Shown: positions 1 through 9,936, counted from the first letter of the stretch. The stretch is DNA of 64,000 nt from Bdellovibrionota bacterium (GCA_963668355.1 OY764265.1:128001-192000); one strand, 5' to 3'. Numbers and translations are program-made. Notes: generated by a model not told the origin, from the letters alone.

Positions 1-176
1 TTCATGAAGATGCGATGTTCCTTCCGAGACTCTTGCAATGGAATTTCAAATTCCACATGCCCATTTTCGAATTTTTTCGAGGCTTGGTAGATGACCTCCC
101 CTTTTTGATCACACGAAAGCACAAAAAGAAAAGAGCACAATAAAACCCAAGGAACGAAACGAAGATGGGTTTTCAT
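1..176 (-). CDS. Putative lipoprotein, N-terminal part only (runs off the window)
   Basis: Hand translation MKTHLRFVPWVLLCSFLFVLSCDQKGEVIYQ..., open to the window edge; lipobox-like VLSC; AGGAG SD just after the M20 stop. Confidence 0.65.
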   Translation of the reverse strand, partial: MKTHLRFVPWVLLCSFLFVLSCDQKGEVIYQASKKFENGHVEFEIPLQESRKEHRIFM

Positions 177-188
177 AACCGTTCTCCT

Positions 189-1424
189 TTACTGAAGAGC
201 AATATGTGCAAAGACCTTTGTATCTCCAACCATGTTCTCAATGATGCAATATTCATTGGGCGAATGCATGGTCTCATGCATTTTACTCCAACAAGCCGCA
301 GGGATTCCCGCATGACGGAAGAAAGCGGCCACAGTTCCACCGCCGACACCCACAGGGCGAGCTTTCACATGATATACATCCTGAACGGCCAGCTCTAAGG
401 ACTTCACCACTTGCGCATCTAAACGGGTAGCAGGGGCTGCATCTGCTCGTTGCGGATGCGTATATTCCACCATTACGCCATGTTCTTTTTTCACGTCGGC
501 CACGATCTCATCAATCGTTTTAACCACCTCATCCACCGAATAGTCGGGCAAGATTCGACAATCGAAACTGAAACGATCTTCGGCCGGGACCGTATTGATA
601 TTGGGAACATTCGCTTCTTTTTTGGTCGGCGTAAATGTACTCATGGGAGGATCATATAAGTCGTCTTGCTTGTTGTACTTTTCATGAAGTGTCTTATGAA
701 GGCGCAGAATGAGATCCGCTCCCGCCAGATGGGCGTTGATTCCTTTTCCGGGTGTACTTCCGTGTGTCTGCTTTCCTTTCAGAACAAACTCGATCCAAAG
801 AATAGATTTTTCGGCGATTTCAATGATGTCACCCTCTGCACTTCCCATGTCCGGAACCACCACAAGATCTTGTGGTTTAAACGCTTTGGACTTTTCAATC
901 ACGGGACCAATGCCAAACTGACTGCCATTTTCTTCATCGGCGACAATCGCAACGGCATAATCATGTTTCGGCTTAATGCCCAATTCCTTGAAGGCCTTCA
1001 TGGCAAAAACGCTGCCCGTCATTCCTTGTTGGTTGTCCTCCACGCCTCGGCCATAGAGTTTTCCATCTCGAACTTCCACTTTCCACGGATCGGACTTCCA
1101 TTCACTGCGATCCCCTTCGGGAACCACATCCATATGACTCATGACCCAAATGGTTTTCGAGCGATCTTCACCTTCAATTCGAGCCAAAATGCTGGGACGC
1201 GTGCCCTCGGGGGCGGCAGGATCGTCCACTTCAACAATCTGTACGTCTTCCGCACCAAATTCTTTGAGGTACTTCTCAATCAACTTACACTTCTTCCATT
1301 CTCCTTCTCCCCCACTGACGGGGCTGATGGCAGGGATAGCCGTGATCGCCGTTTGAAATTCAATCATTTCATCCCGATAGCTTTCAATTTTTTCACAAAC
1401 TTTTTTAAAATTATCTTGATTCAT
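189..1424 (-). CDS. M20 family metallo-hydrolase (ArgE/DapE-like peptidase/deacylase)
   Basis: SHMDVV, GRGVEDN, DEENGS, GGGT and C-terminal MH metal-ligand motifs; 411 aa. Confidence 0.9.
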   Translation of the reverse strand: MNQDNFKKVCEKIESYRDEMIEFQTAITAIPAISPVSGGEGEWKKCKLIEKYLKEFGAEDVQIVEVDDPAAPEGTRPSILARIEGEDRSKTIWVMSHMDVVPEGDRSEWKSDPWKVEVRDGKLYGRGVEDNQQGMTGSVFAMKAFKELGIKPKHDYAVAIVADEENGSQFGIGPVIEKSKAFKPQDLVVVPDMGSAEGDIIEIAEKSILWIEFVLKGKQTHGSTPGKGINAHLAGADLILRLHKTLHEKYNKQDDLYDPPMSTFTPTKKEANVPNINTVPAEDRFSFDCRILPDYSVDEVVKTIDEIVADVKKEHGVMVEYTHPQRADAAPATRLDAQVVKSLELAVQDVYHVKARPVGVGGGTVAAFFRHAGIPAACWSKMHETMHSPNEYCIIENMVGDTKVFAHIALQ

Positions 1425-1427
1425 TTC

Positions 1428-1781
1428 TCACGGTCCTTTCACATCAATCACATTCGCTCTTTCGAGCTGTGCAATAAACACATTTAAACGATCGAACACG
1501 GGTTCCACGCGTTCCCCAAATTTCTGCTTCAACGAATCCCCAATCTCTTGAACAGAGGTGTCTCCATCCAATCGCCGCCAAATGAACGTACCAACTTCGT
1601 CCAGGCTGATTCGATGATAAGGTTTTCGAACTTTTCCCATGAGCCACCGGCCCAAAGCATGCTCTCCAAATCGAGGAACGAGAATATCTTCGTTCCCGGA
1701 CTCTTGAGTTTCCGACCTCCTCAGCGCCAAAGGGCGAAGATCGAGCAAATTCAGAGGTTCTTGTTTATTCTTTCTTGGCAT
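1428..1781 (-). CDS. PqqD-family / RiPP recognition element (RRE)-like protein
   Basis: LDEVGTFIWRRLDGDTSVQEI...FIAQLERANVI matches the PqqD winged-helix pattern; start overlaps the OPT gene stop. Confidence 0.8.
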   Translation of the reverse strand: MPRKNKQEPLNLLDLRPLALRRSETQESGNEDILVPRFGEHALGRWLMGKVRKPYHRISLDEVGTFIWRRLDGDTSVQEIGDSLKQKFGERVEPVFDRLNVFIAQLERANVIDVKGP

Positions 1782-3741
1782 TCTTCAACGGAATGGCAAT
1801 CAGCACATAAGCCAACACGGCAAAGACGATGATGGCCGGCCAAGCGCCCGTATAGATGGGTGAAAATTTCAAGAAGGTAAACTTGTCGCTCAAGATCACC
1901 ACGACCGCAATGAGAACGCCCAACAAGGCCTCTCCTGCAACCAAACCGGAAGCCAACAAGGTGCCCACATTGTCCGCACGCTCACGCTGAGACGGTTCTA
2001 GCTTTCGTTGTTTCATCCGACGTTCGATGATCCATTTGATCATGCCGCCCACAAAAATGGCTGCCGTTGTGTCGAAGGGAAGGTACATCCCCACAGCAAT
2101 GATCATGGGGCTGGGGGCACCAATGAAAATCAAGGCCACAGCAAACATCATCCCAAAGATGACCAATGGCCAAGCCATTTGCTGCGCCACGATTCCTTTG
2201 GCCATCATGGCCATGAGACCGGCTTGAGGAGCAGGGAGAATATCCCCTCCCAATCCATAAGCTTTGTGAAGCGCCAAAATGGGAAAGACCATGACCAAGG
2301 CCGCGAAAAAGACTCCGATCATTTCGGCCACTTCCATCTTCCAAGGGGTTCCTCCCAGGATATGACCGACTTTTAGGTCTTGCATCATGTCGCCCGCAAC
2401 TCCCGCACTACAGCACACCACCGCAGCCACGCCCAAAACGGCAGCCACTCCGGGAGCTCCCTTCACGCCCATTAAGACCATGAGAACGGCCGCAATCAAT
2501 AAGGTCGACAGCGTCAAACCGCTGATGGGGTTGGAGCTGGATCCAATGACCCCCACCAAGTATCCGGCCACGGCCGCAAACAAAAACGCTGCGACCAACA
2601 TCACGGCTCCAGCCACAATGGCGACGGAAAAGCTATGGCTGAAGTTGTGGTACACCAACACCATAAAAATGAATGCAGCGCCAACCCCCAGAAGGATCTT
2701 TTTTAAGCCTATGTCGCGATCCGTTCGTTTTAGTGCGCTGGTTCCAGACTTCATGGCTTTCATGTCCGAAATGGCTTTGCCGATACCAGACACCAAAGCC
2801 CCGCGAAGTTTAAAAAGTGTATGGAAAGAAGCTACGATCATGGTACCAACCGCAATCGGTCGAACCATGTTTCCAGCCACAGCACCCCCGGCACCAACCC
2901 AGTCAACCAATCCCCCTTCAGAAACGAAGCTGCTCACCAACTCGGGATTAAAGAAAACCAGCATGGGCACAAACACCCACCAAGCCAATACCCCGCCTGA
3001 AAACGTAAGGGTCGAAAGCTTCGGCCCAATGATGTAGCCCACACCGATCAATGCAGGACTGGCCAAGGGCGTATCGAAAAACAAGGCTCCTTTATAGGAG
3101 ATTTTATCGGCCGCCACTTTTCCAATTTTTACGGTGGAAGCTGAAAACTCACTGACCCAACCGGTCGAAGAGCTAAACAGTTGGAAGGCCTTGGAGTTCT
3201 TGAAAAGTTCAATCAACGCCGCCAAACCCATTGTGCCAAACACGTACTTGGCGCCAGATCCACCTTTTTGTCCGGCTTTGACAATCTCTGCACAAGCCAC
3301 ACTTTCTGGAAAAGGAAGGTCAGCTTCCTGAACCAAACTTCGGCGAAGGAGTGTCACCAGGAGAACGCCCAAAACACCTCCCACCAACATGACGGAAGTG
3401 GACTTCCAATAATAGAGCGTTTCCCATAGCGGCTTTCCATCAATCTCCACCATGACAAATGCAGGAATCGTAAAGATTGCCCCTGCGACCAAAGCTTCTC
3501 CGACGCTCGCCGTGGTTCGAGCCAGGTTTTCCTCAAGAATGTTTCCTTTGAATAAACGAAGAATGGCCATGGAAACCACAGCTGCTGGAAACGTAGCCGC
3601 CACCGTCATACCCGCTTTGAGCCCCAGATACGCATTGGCTGCCCCGAGAACAATGGCCATGCCTACCCCTAAGAACAACGCCTTAAATGTAAACTCCTTC
3701 ATGGAGCTGTCTTGGGGTACATAAGGTTTGTATTCTGACAT
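1765..3741 (-). CDS. OPT family oligopeptide transporter
   Basis: NAYLGLKAG, LPFPES.ACAE, SSSNPISG, MQDLKVGH.LG.TP, APQA motifs; many TM segments. Confidence 0.93.
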   Translation of the reverse strand: MSEYKPYVPQDSSMKEFTFKALFLGVGMAIVLGAANAYLGLKAGMTVAATFPAAVVSMAILRLFKGNILEENLARTTASVGEALVAGAIFTIPAFVMVEIDGKPLWETLYYWKSTSVMLVGGVLGVLLVTLLRRSLVQEADLPFPESVACAEIVKAGQKGGSGAKYVFGTMGLAALIELFKNSKAFQLFSSSTGWVSEFSASTVKIGKVAADKISYKGALFFDTPLASPALIGVGYIIGPKLSTLTFSGGVLAWWVFVPMLVFFNPELVSSFVSEGGLVDWVGAGGAVAGNMVRPIAVGTMIVASFHTLFKLRGALVSGIGKAISDMKAMKSGTSALKRTDRDIGLKKILLGVGAAFIFMVLVYHNFSHSFSVAIVAGAVMLVAAFLFAAVAGYLVGVIGSSSNPISGLTLSTLLIAAVLMVLMGVKGAPGVAAVLGVAAVVCCSAGVAGDMMQDLKVGHILGGTPWKMEVAEMIGVFFAALVMVFPILALHKAYGLGGDILPAPQAGLMAMMAKGIVAQQMAWPLVIFGMMFAVALIFIGAPSPMIIAVGMYLPFDTTAAIFVGGMIKWIIERRMKQRKLEPSQRERADNVGTLLASGLVAGEALLGVLIAVVVILSDKFTFLKFSPIYTGAWPAIIVFAVLAYVLIAIPLKNAKKE

Positions 3742-3846
3742 AATCTTCTCCCGCCTACTGGTTACGTTCTGCTTTATTAACGGCAGACGAAGCCACAGGC
3801 AAGATTTTTACCCCTCGCAGCAAACGACAAAAAAGTATGATTTTAA

Positions 3847-4785
3847 TTAGTTAGCGGATTCTCCGTCCCAACCCGCCAGGCGGGCCATCATCCACCAGAA
3901 GGCTTTGGCTTTTTGAACGCACGTAAAACCTTGAGAGTGTGCGCATCCGGGCAGATTCTGGCAATCCCAATCATCACTGTGAGAGGCACACCAGTCCGAA
4001 CACCACTCGCAATACCCTTCAGAATTATTATCGTATGGCCCGTTTCCATCCGGGTCGTAGCTCTCAATATCAGCAAAGTCGAAGAGGACCTTGTTGTTGG
4101 CAACGACATAATCGCGTACCGCTTCATTGTTCCGTTGAAGTGTCTCAGTTCCGCCATCCGTATGACCTGTCATATAAATGAACCGCATATTCGGATATTC
4201 TGATTCAAGCTGGTCTAGCTGGCTTAAATACAAGCTCACTTTTTCTTCTGAATTGCTCGATTGTTGGCCACACCAAGACCACATCGAAAAATCGTAGTGT
4301 CCGCTATCTGCAACAGCTCTCGTTTCATCCATGGCTTGAGATCTTATTTCAGTATCCCAATAGCGCTCAGGAGTAACATAGGTGTCGGCTGGGTTACCAT
4401 CGTACATGCGAATCGCAGGATCATCTCCCTCGGGTGGCAGTCCTTCATCTGTTGAGGCTCTGCGAGCAAAAGAATAGCTATACGAAAGATTCTGATTGTT
4501 GAACCACTCTGCACCTGAATTGATCTGACTTCCATGTGACGTGTGCGCGTAATGAATCGTCAATAATTTTGCCGCATCCAGCCACTCCTGTGGAATGTTC
4601 TCAAATTCATCAGCCGACGTGTGATCGGCGATGATGGCCCCGGTCGCACCGTCACCCCCACTGCTGCTGGTACTTCCTCCGCTGCTGCTCGTCGAATTTG
4701 TAACCGAATCGTTACATGCAGCGAATAAAAAGGTGAGAAGAAAGGCTCCTAAGGTAATCGTTTGTCGCTTGATTCGGGCATTCAT
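3847..4785 (-). CDS. Lipoprotein with Ser/Gly linker and putative SGNH-like hydrolase domain
   Basis: Lipobox FAAC; SSSSGGSTSSSGG linker; HTSHGSQI, WSWCGQ, YMTGH, LFDFADIES, CAHS blocks. Confidence 0.6.
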   Translation of the reverse strand: MNARIKRQTITLGAFLLTFLFAACNDSVTNSTSSSGGSTSSSGGDGATGAIIADHTSADEFENIPQEWLDAAKLLTIHYAHTSHGSQINSGAEWFNNQNLSYSYSFARRASTDEGLPPEGDDPAIRMYDGNPADTYVTPERYWDTEIRSQAMDETRAVADSGHYDFSMWSWCGQQSSNSEEKVSLYLSQLDQLESEYPNMRFIYMTGHTDGGTETLQRNNEAVRDYVVANNKVLFDFADIESYDPDGNGPYDNNSEGYCEWCSDWCASHSDDWDCQNLPGCAHSQGFTCVQKAKAFWWMMARLAGWDGESAN

Positions 4786-4824
4786 ACCTAACCATTATCG
4801 TACGTGAGTCCGTTTTGAGGAAGG

Positions 4825-4849
4825 AGAATCTAGATTCTTTAGGTATAAT
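4825..4849 (+). promoter_or_regulatory. Palindrome AGAATCTAGATTCT followed by a TATAAT -10 box upstream of cysE
   Basis: Perfect 14-bp palindrome 4825-4838; TATAAT 4844-4849. Confidence 0.45.
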
Positions 4850-4894
4850 CCTACGTTAGCTTCGCCAAAAGGATTCTAACGACAGGATTTTCTT

Positions 4895-5851
4895 ATGAAA
4901 CGTCATCCCATTTCTGAAAAACTTTCCAAAGTCACGAAACAACTCGTGGACACCTACGCCCTAAGCACAAAGGTGGAAAAGCGAACGGCCTTTCATCTTT
5001 CCCTCCCCTCCCGGACCGCCACGACTAAAATCATTCAAGCGCTCTTTTCAGTTTTTTATCCGGGGTATCATGGGAAAGAATACTTGGACCGGAACAATGT
5101 TTCTTTCCATGTTGGCTCTCTCCTGGATGACATCGCGGCCGAGATTTCCGTTCAAATTTTCCGCGCCTTTGAATACGAATGTCTTAATGCCAAAAGTACC
5201 TGTACGGATTGTGGAAAAAAGACGGAAAAAGTCGTTGAACAATTTTTTCAAAAGCTTCCGGCCATTCGAAAAGAGCTGATGTTGGATGTTCAGGCGGCAT
5301 ACGATGGAGACCCCGCCGCCAAGAATCTTTCGGAAATCATTTTCTCGTACCCCGGACTTCAAGCCATCACGATTTACCGTGTGGCCCATGTCCTTCATGC
5401 TTTGGGCGTCCCCCTCTTGCCTCGAATCATGACGGAATATGCTCACTCGGAAACCGGAATTGACATTCACCCGGCGGCCCAAATTGGAAAGTCTTTTTTC
5501 ATTGATCACGGTACAGGAGTCGTGATTGGCGAAACCACGATCATTGGGAAAAAAGTGCGAATCTATCAAGGGGTCACGCTTGGAGGTCTTTCCATGAAAA
5601 AAGGGAAAGATGGAAAAATGATACGCGGAACGAAACGTCACCCTACCATCTGTGATGATGTCGTGATCTATGCCGGGGCCACCATTCTGGGGGGCGAAAC
5701 AATCATCGGCAAAGGCGCCATCATTGGCGGAAATACATGGGTCATCGAGTCGGTTCCCGCCTTCACAAAAGTGATGAATGAAACTCGATCCACACGAATG
5801 GAATCAAAAACCTCAGCTCTCGCGAAAAAGCGAAAAGGAAAAACAAAATGA
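4895..5851 (+). CDS. cysE: Serine O-acetyltransferase
   Basis: GDPAA, TGIDIHPAAQIG, FIDHGTGVVIGET, KRHPT hexapeptide-repeat motifs; ATGA overlap with cysK. Confidence 0.92.
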   Translation: MKRHPISEKLSKVTKQLVDTYALSTKVEKRTAFHLSLPSRTATTKIIQALFSVFYPGYHGKEYLDRNNVSFHVGSLLDDIAAEISVQIFRAFEYECLNAKSTCTDCGKKTEKVVEQFFQKLPAIRKELMLDVQAAYDGDPAAKNLSEIIFSYPGLQAITIYRVAHVLHALGVPLLPRIMTEYAHSETGIDIHPAAQIGKSFFIDHGTGVVIGETTIIGKKVRIYQGVTLGGLSMKKGKDGKMIRGTKRHPTICDDVVIYAGATILGGETIIGKGAIIGGNTWVIESVPAFTKVMNETRSTRMESKTSALAKKRKGKTK

Positions 5852-6786
5852 GTCGAATTTTTAATAGCATTCTCGACACCATCGGCAACACCCCACTCGT
5901 TCGCGTCCAAACTTCCTCCAATGGCAAGTGTGAAGTTCTCTTCAAACTCGAATCGTTTAACCCCATGGCAAGTGTGAAAGATCGAATTGCGTATGCGATG
6001 GTGGAAGATGCTTTAAAAAAAGGTCATATCGACGAAAAGACCACGATCATCGAGCCCACTTCTGGGAATACTGGAATTGGATTGGCTTTGGTTTGTGCGG
6101 CAAAAAGGATTCCTTTAGTTCTAACCATGCCTGACACCATGTCCGTGGAACGTCGGAAAATCTTAAATGCGTTGGGAGCAAAGTTGATTCTCACACCTGG
6201 AACAGAGGGAATGAAAGGGGCCATTCAAAAGGCAGAAGAGCTTCAAAAGACCACGCTTCACTCCATCATCATTGGTCAATTCACCAATCCCGCGAATCCT
6301 GAGATCCATCGAAAAACAACCGCCAAAGAAATTTGGAACGACACAGATGGAAAGATTGACATCATTGTCGCGGGGGTTGGAACCGGAGGAACCATCACGG
6401 GATGCGCTGAGTATTTAAAGGAACAAAAAAAATCCATTCAGGCGGTGGCTGTAGAACCCACAGACTCCCCGGTTATCACGCAGGCCCTGGCTAAAAAAGA
6501 GCTAAGCCCCGGCCCCCACAAAATTCAGGGAATCGGTGCGGGATTCATTCCCGACGTATTGAATCTTGGATTACTGGACGAGGTAATCGCCGTTACCAAC
6601 GAACAAGCTTTTGAGACTTCTCGTAGGCTTTGCCAACAAGAAGGCATCATGGTCGGCATTTCTTCGGGGGCCGTTGCTCAAGCAGCGTTTGAGTTGGCCG
6701 AGCGCCCTGAAAACGCGCGAAAAACCATCGTAGCGATCTTAGCCAGTCACGGTGAAAGATACCTTTCAACTCCCTTATTCGATTGA
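5848..6786 (+). CDS. cysK: Cysteine synthase A (O-acetylserine sulfhydrylase)
   Basis: IGNTPLV, SVKDRIA (PLP Lys), EPTSGNTG, GVGTGGT, HKIQGIG, GERYLST. Confidence 0.95.
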   Translation: MSRIFNSILDTIGNTPLVRVQTSSNGKCEVLFKLESFNPMASVKDRIAYAMVEDALKKGHIDEKTTIIEPTSGNTGIGLALVCAAKRIPLVLTMPDTMSVERRKILNALGAKLILTPGTEGMKGAIQKAEELQKTTLHSIIIGQFTNPANPEIHRKTTAKEIWNDTDGKIDIIVAGVGTGGTITGCAEYLKEQKKSIQAVAVEPTDSPVITQALAKKELSPGPHKIQGIGAGFIPDVLNLGLLDEVIAVTNEQAFETSRRLCQQEGIMVGISSGAVAQAAFELAERPENARKTIVAILASHGERYLSTPLFD

Positions 6787-6792
6787 AAGAAA

Positions 6793-8238
6793 TTAAATCG
6801 AATACGGTAGAACGTCTTGGTGAGACGTGCAAACGCAATTGCGGCCATCTTTCTTGGCGCGATACAACGCTCGATCCGCAAGTTCGACTAGCTCACGAGA
6901 CTGAAGTCCCTTCCGGGGCCAAAGCGTCGCTACTCCAAGGCTAACCGTGACCCAAGGATGGTTGGGGTTTTCTAGGTGCTCGAGGCGAAGTTTTTCAATG
7001 CGTTTTCGAATTCTTTCCGCCATTTTCTCGGCTTCAATCAAATCGGTATCGGCCAGAATAGCAGCAAACTCTTCTCCTCCATATCGCACACCAAACTCGC
7101 TCGGACGACGCAAGGAAACCTTCAGCACATTCCCAATTTTTTTCAAACATTCATCCCCAGAAAAATGACCGTATCGATCATTGTATTGTTTGAAATGATC
7201 GACATCCAACATGATCAATGAAAGGGGGTGGTGATTTCGCCAGGCTCTATTCCACTCATTCTTTAAACGTTCGTCAAAAAACCGTCGATTCCCGACACCT
7301 GTGAGAGGGTCCACCTCAGACATCTCCTGCAAGTAATGATTGGCTTTTTCCAAACGCTTTTGCGTGGCCATCAACTCTTCAAACAAAAAAGCTTTTTCGA
7401 TGGCATAGGAAAGTTGTGCGGCTAAGAAGCGAAATGTCTCGACATGCGTCGATTGATAAACATTGGTTTTTCGAGAGGAAAAAAACAAAAAACCAACTGA
7501 ACGATCAAAAGCAATCAAAGGGCAGGTTAAACTTGATTTCATTCCCTCTTTCACAATTCTTCGGGTGGAATGAGAGTTTGGCTTCTTGGCCAAGTAAGCC
7601 GGAAGATCATTCAAAATCCGAGCTTCTTTGTTACGTAAAACTTTAAGTAAGCTGCTCCCCTTCAATTGTTCTTCATACCCAATCGAAAGGCGAAGAGGTC
7701 GAGACTCACTTCGCGCCCACATGGCCTTTAGAGAACGTCGATCTTCACTCAACTTGGCAAACCCAATGCGATCATAGGGAACGAAATGGCGAAACGAGTC
7801 ATACACATGATTCAAAATTTCCGTCACGGTCAAACCCGACAGAATCTTTTCGCTTAACAATGAAAACTGAGAAAAAATTCCCTGAGAGGATTGCGCATCA
7901 ATGTGCTTTTTCAATAACTCGCGCCGATGGTCATCCATTTTTTCAAAGTAAAAACCAAAGGTTTCTTCGTTTTCTTTGTCTTTTTGAAAACGCACAACAC
8001 GCGCTTCCGCTTCAAAAACTTCGCCATCGGCCAAATCAAAATCCAGAAAAACTTTTTCCTGTGGGTCGACATGGAAGCCCCCCACCACACTCATTCCTTG
8101 GAGGCTTAAGTTTCGGGCGTACCCGACGACCTGTTTTTTCTCTTGAGGGAGTCCAATTTTCACTTTGTGATCAAAAGGAATGCGGACGGCCGCGTTGGCT
8201 CCTCTTCTTTCATATCGGACCATCATTTCGAAGCTCAC
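6793..8238 (-). CDS. Diguanylate cyclase, PilZ-GAF-GGDEF architecture
   Basis: N-terminal ERR...NLSLQG PilZ-like domain; central GAF; DPLTG, DVDHFKQYND, RYGGEEF. Confidence 0.88.
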   Translation of the reverse strand: MSFEMMVRYERRGANAAVRIPFDHKVKIGLPQEKKQVVGYARNLSLQGMSVVGGFHVDPQEKVFLDFDLADGEVFEAEARVVRFQKDKENEETFGFYFEKMDDHRRELLKKHIDAQSSQGIFSQFSLLSEKILSGLTVTEILNHVYDSFRHFVPYDRIGFAKLSEDRRSLKAMWARSESRPLRLSIGYEEQLKGSSLLKVLRNKEARILNDLPAYLAKKPNSHSTRRIVKEGMKSSLTCPLIAFDRSVGFLFFSSRKTNVYQSTHVETFRFLAAQLSYAIEKAFLFEELMATQKRLEKANHYLQEMSEVDPLTGVGNRRFFDERLKNEWNRAWRNHHPLSLIMLDVDHFKQYNDRYGHFSGDECLKKIGNVLKVSLRRPSEFGVRYGGEEFAAILADTDLIEAEKMAERIRKRIEKLRLEHLENPNHPWVTVSLGVATLWPRKGLQSRELVELADRALYRAKKDGRNCVCTSHQDVLPYSI

Positions 8239-8334
8239 TTTGTCACAATTTCATGATCTAAATCAATACTTTCTGTCGGTATTCCTCAACCTCCACATTT
8301 CTTTTTCTTCCCTTTCGGAAAACCACCCGGTCTA

Positions 8335-8363
8335 TTGATCAAGCGATCTTCATTGTGTAGAGT
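8335..8363 (+). promoter_or_regulatory. Putative sigma70 promoter of the ammonia-lyase gene
   Basis: TTGATC-N17-TAGAGT, about 50 bp upstream of the ATG. Confidence 0.45.
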
Positions 8364-8412
8364 CCCGGCGAAGTAAAATAAAACCAAGAATAACAGTAAC
8401 ATAGGTGGGTTT

Positions 8413-9936
8413 ATGGCCGTTATAGCACAAGGAAAAGGATTAACCGTTGAAGACGTCGTTCGTGTCGCCCGTTTTGGGGAAAAGGTGGAACTCTCCCCGG
8501 ACGCTTTGAAACGAATTCAAACCTGCCGAACGATGGTGGAAAAAAATATCGCTCAAGGCACGAAGATGTATGGCATCAACACCGGAATTGGAAACCTCGT
8601 GGATGTCATCCTCACCCCAGACCAACAAGACGAATTTCAAAAATATCTGATTTACAATCACGCCGCCGGAATTGGCGACCCTTTTCCCATTGAAGTGGTT
8701 CGCGCAGCCATGATGACCCGTGTGAATGTACATGCCTTGGGTCATTCGGGTTGCCGGCCCGTCATCACGCAAACCTTCATCGAATTGCTGAATAAAAATG
8801 TCACCCCTGTTGTTTGCCGAAAAGGAAGCGTCGGAGCGTGTGGGGACCTCGCTCCCATGAGTCAAATTGCCTTGTCCATGATGGGAGAAGGAGAAGCTTT
8901 CTATAATGGGCAACGCATGCCCATGAAAACGGCTATGGACCAAGCCGGCATTCCCATCCCAGGTCTAAAACCGAGAGATGGCTTGTCTTCCATCAATGGA
9001 AGCAACGTCGTCTTGGGAATGGGTTGTCTCTGGTTGTACGACATTGAGCGGTGGCTCAAACAGGCTGAAATCGCCACAGCCATGACGTTGGAAGCACTCA
9101 TGGCAAATATGAAACCGTATGTCGCCAAATTGCATGAAGCACGCGGTTTTTATGGAGCTATTACTTCCGCCAACAATATCCGAAAATGTGTGGAAGGCAG
9201 TGATCTACTCACCAATACAAAAGTCAAACTTCAAGATGCCTATAGCATGCGATCCACACCTCAAATCATCGGTGCTGCCCGAGATCAATGGGTTCATACC
9301 AAGAAACAATTTGAAATCGAACTCAATGGAGCGGGAGACAATCCTTTGTTTTTCCCAGAAGAGGATGTGGTATTGACGGGAGCAAACTTCCAAGCCATGC
9401 CCATCAGTCTGCCCTTGGATACCCTGGGCGCAGCCGTGTGCATGGTTTCGGTTCTCTCCGAACGAAGATTAAACCGGCTTCTCAATGAAGCCCTCAGTCA
9501 AGGATTGCCTCCTTTTCTAACCAAAAATGCAGGCCTTTTTTCTGGAATGATGCTCAGTCAATACACCGCGGATACGTTGGTGGTTGAACAAAAAATTCTA
9601 TCGAACCCAGGCTTCACGCAATCCATTCCGGCCGCTGCGGATCAGGAAGATTTCGTCAGCATGGGGATGAATTCAGCTCATAAAACCCGAGAGATCATCG
9701 ACAACGCTCAAAGTGTGATCGGAATTGAATTCATGGCGGCCGCACAAGCCATTGACTTCCGAGATTTTAAACCCGGAAAAGGGACTCAAGCCGCTCACGC
9801 CGTCATACGAAAGTACATTGAGCATCTAGACATCGACCGCCCGCTATATAAAGACCACAACAAAATCACAGAAGTTGTGAAGGGATTGGAGATTCTGAAA
9901 AATGTCGAGGAGGCCATCGGTCCTCTGCATTCCTAG
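8413..9936 (+). CDS. hutH: MIO-dependent aromatic amino-acid ammonia-lyase, probably histidine ammonia-lyase
   Basis: YGINTG, NHAAG, GSVGACGDLAP, QDAYSMR, DNP, NF, QEDFVSMG; the MIO site reads ACG rather than ASG. Confidence 0.75.
   Translation: MAVIAQGKGLTVEDVVRVARFGEKVELSPDALKRIQTCRTMVEKNIAQGTKMYGINTGIGNLVDVILTPDQQDEFQKYLIYNHAAGIGDPFPIEVVRAAMMTRVNVHALGHSGCRPVITQTFIELLNKNVTPVVCRKGSVGACGDLAPMSQIALSMMGEGEAFYNGQRMPMKTAMDQAGIPIPGLKPRDGLSSINGSNVVLGMGCLWLYDIERWLKQAEIATAMTLEALMANMKPYVAKLHEARGFYGAITSANNIRKCVEGSDLLTNTKVKLQDAYSMRSTPQIIGAARDQWVHTKKQFEIELNGAGDNPLFFPEEDVVLTGANFQAMPISLPLDTLGAAVCMVSVLSERRLNRLLNEALSQGLPPFLTKNAGLFSGMMLSQYTADTLVVEQKILSNPGFTQSIPAAADQEDFVSMGMNSAHKTREIIDNAQSVIGIEFMAAAQAIDFRDFKPGKGTQAAHAVIRKYIEHLDIDRPLYKDHNKITEVVKGLEILKNVEEAIGPLHS

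Noticed and set aside
666..1487. 273-aa plus-strand ORF
   Set aside because: Antisense shadow of the M20 hydrolase; no recognisable motifs.
1428..1781. PQQ or RiPP biosynthetic cluster
   Set aside because: No pqqA/B/C/E, radical SAM enzyme or precursor peptide in the window.
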